Assembly (NCBI GenBank): GCA_963778655.1
Contig: CAVZVA010000010.1
Location: 672,001-736,000, forward strand
DNA from: an uncultured delta proteobacterium
GTDB taxonomy: Bacteria > Myxococcota_A > Polyangia > Polyangiales > JAFGIB01
Length of the DNA: 64,000 nt
Direction: 5' to 3'
Shown: positions 57,163 to 64,000 of the stretch, in pieces
Position numbering within the stretch: the first letter of the stretch is position 1
Layout of the letters: every line of letters begins with the position of its first letter
Notes under the pieces: generated by a model
The model's database searches: none
The model's input: the letters and a program-made list of their open reading frames with translations, nothing else
What the model was told of the DNA's origin: nothing
Translations under genes and position numbers: made by a program

Positions 57163-58257
57163 TCAACTGACAGCCCGCACCAGGCCCGCCTCGACGTGGA
57201 AATCGCGCCGGTCGCGCTCCAGCAAGATCAGCTCCGGTTGGGTGGTGGTCAGGAAGACCTGACCGCCGAGCTCGGCCAGCACGCCGAATAGCCGCCGGTT
57301 ACGTGCCTTGTCGAGCTCGCTGGAGACGTCGTCGAGCAGCAGCACCGGAATGCGGCCCACGCGCCGGCTCAGCTCGTGCAGCTCAGCGACCTTGAGCGCC
57401 AGCACGATTGCGCGGTGCTGGCCCTGCGAGCCGAAACGCTTGGCGCCCTCCCCGTCGAGCGTGAACGAGAGCTCGTCGGCGTGCGGCCCCTCGGCGGTGA
57501 AGCCGCGAGCGAGATCCTTGTCCAGGCTCGACTCGAGCGCGGCGCGCAGCGCGGAGAGCTCGGGCGCCACGCGCGGCTGGTAGCGAATGCCCAGCGCGAG
57601 CTGATCGCCGCTGATCGCCTTGAAGGTGTCGACCACCAGCTCGCCGAGCTCAGCGCACAGGCGCGTGCGCGCCTGCCCGATCACCGTGCCCGCAGAGGCC
57701 AGCACCTCGTGATAGGACGCGATCGCGCGGCGGTTGGGAGCCTCGGCGCGTAACAGCCGATTGCGGCTGCGCAGCGCCCGCTCGTAGGCGGCCAGCATCG
57801 CGGCGTAGGTGGCGTCGAAGTGCTCGAGGATGCGATCGAGCCAGGCCCGGCGTAGCTCGGGCGCGCCGGCCACCAGCTGCAAGTCGCCCGGATGAAACAG
57901 CACAGTCTGGATCGCTCCCAGGTAGCTCGCGCGCGTACGCGGCCGCTTGCCGTCCAGCTGCAGCTCCCGTGCCCCGCGGCGGTGCAGGCGCACGCGGTAG
58001 CGCCGCGGCGCCGCCTCGCCCTCGACCAGCGCCGAGAGCTCGGCCTGCGGCTTGCCGCGCGCGATCATCTCCGCCGCGCTGGCACCGCGGAAGCTGCGCA
58101 GACTGCCGAGGTAGTCGATCGCTTCGAGCAGATTGGACTTGCCCTGGCCGTTGTCGCCGTAGATGACGTTGAAGCACGGGCCAGGCCCCAGCTCCAGGTC
58201 GCGCAGGTTGCGAAAACCGCTCACCATCAGCGCGGCGACGCGCAGCGCTTCAGTCAC
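57163..58257 (-). CDS. recF: DNA replication/repair protein RecF
   Basis: FRN, GDNGQGKSNLLEA, RSFR, GPHAD, SQGQ, LLLDDVSSELD. Confidence 0.97.
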   Translation of the reverse strand: MTEALRVAALMVSGFRNLRDLELGPGPCFNVIYGDNGQGKSNLLEAIDYLGSLRSFRGASAAEMIARGKPQAELSALVEGEAAPRRYRVRLHRRGARELQLDGKRPRTRASYLGAIQTVLFHPGDLQLVAGAPELRRAWLDRILEHFDATYAAMLAAYERALRSRNRLLRAEAPNRRAIASYHEVLASAGTVIGQARTRLCAELGELVVDTFKAISGDQLALGIRYQPRVAPELSALRAALESSLDKDLARGFTAEGPHADELSFTLDGEGAKRFGSQGQHRAIVLALKVAELHELSRRVGRIPVLLLDDVSSELDKARNRRLFGVLAELGGQVFLTTTQPELILLERDRRDFHVEAGLVRAVS

Positions 58258-58298
58258 GCGCTAAGGACCCCTCGCAACGCGGCGGATCGAACGAGGCC

Positions 58299-58402
58299 GG
58301 CGAATACGAGCGAGCGCAGCGAGCCCCGCGGAGGGGTGGGCTCCCGACAGCTTGGCTACGGACCCTGCGGGTCCTGGGGCGGGGAGGGCGCGTGCTCTCC
58401 CG
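58299..58402 (-). repeat. ACGC-loop family element between dnaN and recF
   Basis: Reverse complement reads cgggagagc-ACGC-gccctccccg...ccaagctgtcgggagcccacccctccgcggggctcgctgcgctcgctcg. Confidence 0.8.
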
Positions 58403-58483
58403 AGCAACGAAAGCCAGCGAGGCCCGGTTTGGACGCGCGTAGACCAGCATGTCTCGTGGCTCCTGCCTGCCTGCCTCGCTTGC

Positions 58484-59620
58484 TCAAATCCGCATCGGCA
58501 TGACCACGCCGATGAAATCAGTCGGCCCCACCGGCTTGATCACCCCTGGATCGAGCTGACCGCCGAGCTCGAGGGCGACCTCGTCCTCGCTCAGCGCCGA
58601 CAGCACATCGAGCAGGTAGCGCACGTTGAATCCGATCTCTACCGCCTCGCCGGCGAAGTCCACGTCCAGCTCCTCGCTGCCCTCGCCGATGTCCGGGTTC
58701 TCGCTGGTGATGCGCACGATGCCGGGCTCGACGCCGAAGCGCACCGCCCCGCTCTTGTCGTTGGCGACCAGGCTGATGCGTTTGAGCGCATCGACCAGCA
58801 GCAGCCGGCTCACCACCACTCTGCGCTGCTGGGTCTTGGGGATCACCTTGCCGTAGGGCGGGAACTGCTCCTCGGCGAGCTTCACGCTTAGCATCATGTC
58901 ATCGTGGCGGAAGAACGCGTTGCCGCCCGTGGTCGCCACGTTCAGCATGGCCGCGCCCTCTTCGCTCTTGGCCTTGCCTGCACGCGCTTCCTCGATCATG
59001 CGCCGCAGCTCGCTGACGCCCTTGCTCGGCACCAGCATCTGAAAGTTCAGCAACTTCCCGCCCTCACGCTGCTTGTACTCGGCCTTGGACAGGCGGTGCC
59101 CGTCGGTCGTCACCATGCGCACCGTCTTGCCGTCGCCCTCCAGCAACGCGCCCGAGAGGTGCGGCCGCGTCTCGTCCGATGACATCGAGTAGTGCGTGAG
59201 CGCGATCAGCCGCCCCAGCTCCTCGGCCGACAGCTCGCTCATCTCCACGCCGCCCGGGCTCGGCAGTGCTGGAAAGTCGTTGCCCGGCATGCCCGGGATC
59301 TTGAAGCGCACGCGACCTGAGCGAATCTCGGTGGCAAAGTTGTCGAGCACCTTCAGGCTCACATCGCCCTCGGGCAGGCTCTTGACGATTTCGAACAGCG
59401 TGCGCGCAGCGACCGCGATCGTGCCGCCGCTCTGAATGCTCGCCGGCGTGCTGGAGCTGACCGCGAGGTAGAGGTCGGTTGCAGCGAAGCGCAGCGTCTT
59501 CCGATCTTCGGCGGTGAGCAGAATGTTCGAGAGAATCGGCATCGAGCTCTTGCGGTCCGCAACGGAGTGCGTTCGCGCCAAGCCGCGCATGAATTCCTTC
59601 TTGCTGATGGTCAGTTCCAT
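58484..59620 (-). CDS. dnaN: DNA polymerase III beta clamp
   Basis: MPILSN, ATDL, TDGHRL, IGFN.RYL.D.L, VVMPMRI. Confidence 0.97.
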   Translation of the reverse strand: MELTISKKEFMRGLARTHSVADRKSSMPILSNILLTAEDRKTLRFAATDLYLAVSSSTPASIQSGGTIAVAARTLFEIVKSLPEGDVSLKVLDNFATEIRSGRVRFKIPGMPGNDFPALPSPGGVEMSELSAEELGRLIALTHYSMSSDETRPHLSGALLEGDGKTVRMVTTDGHRLSKAEYKQREGGKLLNFQMLVPSKGVSELRRMIEEARAGKAKSEEGAAMLNVATTGGNAFFRHDDMMLSVKLAEEQFPPYGKVIPKTQQRRVVVSRLLLVDALKRISLVANDKSGAVRFGVEPGIVRITSENPDIGEGSEELDVDFAGEAVEIGFNVRYLLDVLSALSEDEVALELGGQLDPGVIKPVGPTDFIGVVMPMRI

Positions 59621-59744
59621 GCCTGCTGTCCCTCGGTCTGGGCGAGAGGTTTCCCATGCCGGACGGTCCGAGTAAACCCTGATCCGGGCTCAGGCCGACC
59701 GAGTCGTGAGCGCGGCTGTCCGAGCGCGCGCGTGCGGTGAAGCT

Positions 59745-59950
59745 CCGATCGGGATCTGAATTTTAAGAACGTCTCCGTCATCTATCTTGTGGATTGTGGG
59801 ATCAGGACTCTAACCCGGCGACACTCAAGGGGATTGTGCCAAAGCCCAGGGGGGACGAGGAGGTGCGTTCGCGGTGCTTTCGGCAAACCACAGCCAATCC
59901 ACAGCGAAGCACATGGCGCTTGTCCAGATCCCATGCACAGCACAAAAAGT
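59745..59950. promoter_or_regulatory. Putative replication origin (oriC) in the dnaA-dnaN intergenic region
   Basis: AT-rich patch gaattttaagaa (~59758-59769) beside DnaA-box-like 9-mers: 59788-59796 (caatccaca, minus), 59835-59843, 59884-59892, 59895-59903 (caatccaca), 59931-59939. Confidence 0.65.
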
Positions 59951-60027
59951 CGGCGGCGGCGGGGTCGCGGGCTCGCGCGTGCCGGCGCAGGGGAGATCGA
60001 TTTCGGGCTCAAGTCCGCGCGTGTCGG

Positions 60028-60151
60028 CGCGCTCGTGCTGGGCGCCGCCGCACGCGTGCAGCCATTCCAAGACGAGCAGCAAGCCGGGACGCGCTCGTGC
60101 TGGGCGCCGCCGCTTGCGGGCAGCCACTCCAACAGGAGCAGCAAGCGGCGC
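60028..60151. repeat. 62-bp tandem duplication just downstream of dnaA
   Basis: cgcgctcgtgctgggcgccgccgc...gcagcca.tccaa...gagcagcaagc at 60028 and 60090. Confidence 0.85.
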
Positions 60152-60156
60152 CGCGC

Positions 60157-61509
60157 TCAGCTCTTCTTGAGCTTGAGCTTGAGCATGATCGCCTCGACGC
60201 AGTCGAGCAGCTCGCGATCCGCGCTCTCGATGCGGCTCTCGATCTTGCGCACCGCGCTCATGACCGTGGTGTGGTCCTTACCGCCGAAGCGCTCGCCAAG
60301 CTCGGTGTAGCTCGTCTTCAGACGCTGGCGGCACAGGTACATCGCGATCATGCGCGGCTGCGCGACCGAGCGGTGGCGCCGCGGCGAGCGCAGGTCGGAC
60401 ATGCGGATGTTGAAGTACTCGCAGACCGCGCGCTGGATGTCCTCCACGCTGGCGATGCTCTCGGGCCTGGGCGCGGGCACGTGCAGCGTCTCGCGCGCGA
60501 AGCTGAGCTCGATCGGCCGCTTGAGCAGCTCGGCCTTGACCGCGAGCCGCAGCAGCGTGCCTTCCAGCTCGCGCACGTTGCTCTTGATCATCTGCGCCAG
60601 AAACGTGGCGACCTCGTGCGGCAGCTCGATGCCTTCCTGCTCCGCCTTCTTTTTCACGATCGCCATGCGGGTGTCGAGCTCCGGCGCCTGGATGTCGGCC
60701 ACCATGCCCCACTGGAAGCGGCTGATCAGCCGTTCTTCCATCTTGCCGATCTGTTGCGGGAAGACGTCGCTCGAGACCACGATCTGCTTGTCGGAGTGGT
60801 AGAGCGCATTGAAGGTGTGGAAGAACTCTTCCTGCGTCTGCTCGCGCGTCGCCAGGAACTGGATGTCGTCCATCAACAGCACGTCGCACTGATTGCGATA
60901 GCGGCTGCGAAACTCGTTGATGCGGTGGTTCTGCAGCGCCCAGATGAACTCATTGGTGAAGCGTTCGGCCGAGACGTAGAGGATGCGCGCGTCGGGTCGA
61001 TCGCGCAGCACGCGGTGGCCGACTGCGTTGACCAGGTGCGTCTTGCCGAGCCCTACACCGCCGTAGATGAAGAGCGGATTGTAGCGCGTGCCCGGGCTGG
61101 AGGCGGCCGCGATCGCAGCCGCTTGCGCGAGCTGATTGGAAGGCCCCACCACGAATGTTTCGAACCGATACTTGGGGTTGAGATTGGTGGGCAGACGCGG
61201 CGGCTCGGCCGGACGCGGCGGCGCGCTCGACTCCCGCTTTTCCGTGCGGCGGTCGGGCTCGCTCAACGCTTCGTCGACTTTCCACTCCACTTCGATGTTC
61301 TCGATGCAGGCGCGCGCGCGCAGCGACTCGAGCAGCAAGTCTAGATAGTGTGCGCGGATCCAGTCCGCATAGAAGCGATTCGGGCAGGCGATGCGCAGAC
61401 GATTTCCTTCGAAGCCATCGAAGCGAATCGCGCCCAGCCAGGTCTCGAAGTGCTCAGCGGAGAGCTTGTCCCGCAGGTCGGCGAGCGCGGATTCCCAATG
61501 ATCCTTCAT
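60157..61509 (-). CDS. dnaA: Chromosomal replication initiator DnaA
   Basis: YRFETFVVG.SN, YNPLFIYGGVGLGKTHL, DDIQFL, QEEFFHTFN, NVRELEG, GGKDHTTV; alternative GTG start at 61536. Confidence 0.98.
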   Translation of the reverse strand: MKDHWESALADLRDKLSAEHFETWLGAIRFDGFEGNRLRIACPNRFYADWIRAHYLDLLLESLRARACIENIEVEWKVDEALSEPDRRTEKRESSAPPRPAEPPRLPTNLNPKYRFETFVVGPSNQLAQAAAIAAASSPGTRYNPLFIYGGVGLGKTHLVNAVGHRVLRDRPDARILYVSAERFTNEFIWALQNHRINEFRSRYRNQCDVLLMDDIQFLATREQTQEEFFHTFNALYHSDKQIVVSSDVFPQQIGKMEERLISRFQWGMVADIQAPELDTRMAIVKKKAEQEGIELPHEVATFLAQMIKSNVRELEGTLLRLAVKAELLKRPIELSFARETLHVPAPRPESIASVEDIQRAVCEYFNIRMSDLRSPRRHRSVAQPRMIAMYLCRQRLKTSYTELGERFGGKDHTTVMSAVRKIESRIESADRELLDCVEAIMLKLKLKKS

Positions 61510-61970
61510 GGACGGACGTCCCTGCTCATCAGCCACGAGCCAGCCCTCTCACAACAGCCATCCGCCGCTGTCAGCGGCCCGACAGCGAGGCTTCCCCTTC
61601 GACCTCGACGCCTTCTTTCCTGCATCAGGTGAACGCGTCGTTCGGTCTACCCTCGTGCGCGTGGATGGAGGGCAGAAGCTAGCAAACGGGTGCCAGGTCG
61701 TCTACCGGGATCACGCGCGGTCCGCGAAAAAAAAGTGCGGCGGCGCCGATCTTTTTCGAGCGTTGCGCGCGCGCCGTGTGCTTACGCGCGCAACCTGCGC
61801 AGAGCCGACCACCGAGTCGCGTACGTGAGTCTGCGTGTCAACGTGTGCACCGAGCCGTGGCGGCCTAGCGAACGGCCGAGCGTGTCGCGGCGGCGCGTGT
61901 GAAGCCACCGCCGGTCGGTCAACAATTTGGTGCGACTCGCGCAGCGCTGCTAGCTTGCGGGCAGGTCGGA

Positions 61971-62900
61971 ATGCTGACTTCGGAATCGCGCTCGAACCGT
62001 TTCGTGCTGCGCCCCGACCGAGCGGCGCGCGTGGCTTGCGCCTTGCTGGGGTGCGTTGCGTTACTTTGGGCTGCGCCCGCGGCGGCGCTGGATTGCAAGG
62101 GCATCAGCAAACGCGATTGCCCGCAGGCAGTGGCCGCGGAGACTCCGCGCGGGCTCTCGCTGGGGACCGGCGTGCGGGCGTCGTCGATCTCGACGTCCGC
62201 GCTCGCGTACAGTCCGGCGGCGCTCGCGCTTGGCAATCTGTACCACATCGAAGGCAACGTCGATTACATGACCGCCGTGAAGACCGCCGCATTGGGCGGC
62301 GCGGTGGTCGACTCGTCGACCAGTAAGCTGGGCGCGGGCATCGGGCTGCGAGGCTTCCTTTCCGGTACGAATGGTTACGGGGGCCTCGACGGCCGACTGG
62401 GGCTGGCGTTTCCGCTTTCTGACGCGTTTGCCGTGGGCCTGGCCGGCCGATACATCTCGTTGACCCAGGCCGGAACCAAGCTCGCGCGCGGCTTCACCAT
62501 GGACGCGTCTTTGCGGATCGCGCCGGTCAGCGGTCTCCAGATCGACATCGGTGCGTTGAACTTCATCGACATCAGCTCCCCGTACGTGCCGGTCACCGTC
62601 ACCAGTGGCGTCGCGGTCGCGCTGATGCCCTCGCTCAGCGTAGGCGCGGACGTGCTGATGGATCTGTCGAGCTTTTCCACCGTGCAACTCACCGCCGGGG
62701 GAGGACTGGAGTTCCTGGCGGGCGAATCGGTGCCCCTGCGCATCGGATACAGCGCCGATCTCGCACGCGGCGTGCACGCGCTCGGCGTCGGCGTCGGTTA
62801 CACCGATCAACGCGTGGGTCTGGACCTGGGCTTGAAGCAGGAGCTCTCCCGCGGCCACGACACGCGGATCATGGGCGCGATCCGCTACTACGTGAACTGA
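61971..62900 (+). CDS. Putative outer-membrane beta-barrel protein
   Basis: Signal-like hydrophobic segment, alternating amphipathic strands, PLRIGY, aromatic C-terminus. Confidence 0.65.
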   Translation: MLTSESRSNRFVLRPDRAARVACALLGCVALLWAAPAAALDCKGISKRDCPQAVAAETPRGLSLGTGVRASSISTSALAYSPAALALGNLYHIEGNVDYMTAVKTAALGGAVVDSSTSKLGAGIGLRGFLSGTNGYGGLDGRLGLAFPLSDAFAVGLAGRYISLTQAGTKLARGFTMDASLRIAPVSGLQIDIGALNFIDISSPYVPVTVTSGVAVALMPSLSVGADVLMDLSSFSTVQLTAGGGLEFLAGESVPLRIGYSADLARGVHALGVGVGYTDQRVGLDLGLKQELSRGHDTRIMGAIRYYVN

Positions 62901-62985
62901 GCCGCGGCGAATGCCGGCAGCCGGGCTGTGTGCTCGTGCGCGCACCTTGTAGCATCGTGCGCGCAGGTTGTTCGTTTGCGGGAAC

Positions 62986-63013
62986 GGAACCCGGCTTGCC
63001 CCGCGGTGTCGAA
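62986..63013 (+). promoter_or_regulatory. Putative ECF-sigma (autoregulatory) promoter
   Basis: GGAAC-N17-GTCGAA ending 30 nt upstream of the ECF sigma ATG. Confidence 0.5.
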
Positions 63014-63043
63014 CCCGGAGAGATCGACTCCCACCATTCCAGC

Positions 63044-63631
63044 ATGGCTTCCGACGAACGGCGCCTGGTCGAGCGGCTCAAGCGCAGGGACGAGGCGGCG
63101 TTCAATCAGCTCGTGCGGGAACACCAGGACGCGGTCTTTCGCCTGCTGCTGCGTATGCTCGGTGACGCCGCCGAAGCCGAGGACGTGGCGCAGGAAGTCT
63201 TCGTGAGCGTGTTCAAGGCGATCGACGGCTTTCGCGGAGACTCCGCGCTCGCCACCTGGCTGCACCGCATCGCCGCCAACCAGGCCAAGAACCGGCTCAA
63301 GTACCTGGCGCGGCGCGAGCATGACGCGCAGCGACCGCTCGACGAGCGCAGCGAACGTCGCGTCACGACCGGATCGGCGCTAGCGGCCCGGCCGGCGACG
63401 CCCGCGGAGCTGGCCGAAAGCCAGCAGGCCGAGCACCACGTGCGTCAGGCGCTGCTCGCGCTGGACCAGGAGCAGCGCCTGCTGGTGACGCTGCGCGATC
63501 TCGAGGACATGAGCTACGAGGACATAAGGCAGATCACCGGATTGCCGATCGGGACCGTCAAGAGCAAGCTGCACCGCGCGCGCCTGGCGCTGCACCAGCG
63601 CTTCGATGCGCTGCAACGGGGCACCCGATGA
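63044..63631 (+). CDS. ECF RNA polymerase sigma factor
   Basis: AF..LV, AEDVAQEVF, FRGDS.L.TWL.RIA.N, SYEDI..ITGLPIGTVKSKLHRAR. Confidence 0.95.
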   Translation: MASDERRLVERLKRRDEAAFNQLVREHQDAVFRLLLRMLGDAAEAEDVAQEVFVSVFKAIDGFRGDSALATWLHRIAANQAKNRLKYLARREHDAQRPLDERSERRVTTGSALAARPATPAELAESQQAEHHVRQALLALDQEQRLLVTLRDLEDMSYEDIRQITGLPIGTVKSKLHRARLALHQRFDALQRGTR

Positions 63632-63999
63632 CCGCGGACGAAGCGCGCGAGCTGTTCAGCGATGCGCTCGAAGGCGAGCTCGACCCGGCTCGCCTGGGCG
63701 AGCTGCAGGCCGCGCTGGCCCGCGATCCTGCGCTGGCCCGCGAGTACGAGGCCTTCGTGCAGACGCTGCGTCGCGTGCGCGGCGCGGAGGCGCCCCCGGC
63801 CGGCGCGCCCGACTTGCTGCCGGGCGTGCAGCGACGCCTGCGCGAGCGCAGCCGCGGGCGCTTCTATGCCGACCGCTTTGCCGAGCGCCGCGGCCGTGGG
63901 CTCGCACAGCCGCTGCTGCTCGGGCTGGTGCTGCTCTTGCTGCTGGGCTTGAGCTGGCTCGGCCTGTCGTTGCTGCAGCACGTCACGCTTGCGCCCTGA
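63628..63999 (+). CDS. Putative anti-sigma factor (zf-HC2-like fold, single TM)
   Basis: ARELFSDALEGEL N-terminus, C-terminal TM, ATGA overlap with the sigma gene. Confidence 0.75.
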   Translation: MTADEARELFSDALEGELDPARLGELQAALARDPALAREYEAFVQTLRRVRGAEAPPAGAPDLLPGVQRRLRERSRGRFYADRFAERRGRGLAQPLLLGLVLLLLLGLSWLGLSLLQHVTLAP

Positions 64000-64000
64000 G

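Overview
Very GC-rich bacterial chromosome segment. Gene content and style suggest Myxococcota (Polyangia/Sandaracinaceae-like); this is an inference. The window holds the dnaA-dnaN-recF replication block with a likely oriC between dnaA and dnaN. Housekeeping genes include pfk, thiE, trpS, ftsB, grpE-dnaK, dnaJ, uvrB, slyD and an RluA-family synthase. Also present are a quinohemoprotein alcohol dehydrogenase, a cytochrome P450 frameshifted at its heme motif, a sugar ABC transporter, a Wsp/ACF-type chemosensory operon, an OtsA-OtsB fusion, an expansin, an isolated FliI/SctN ATPase, a DUF2271-like/DUF4266/DUF3570 cluster and an ECF sigma/anti-sigma pair. No rRNA, tRNA, CRISPR or transposase was recognised. 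The most striking unexplained structure is a dispersed multi-hairpin repeat family at 6 loci (about 11 copies) with compensatory stem changes. It forms 66-bp and 99-bp tandem arrays and sits in-frame, in the same reading frame, inside two unrelated envelope-protein genes. Two further palindromic repeat families also occur.
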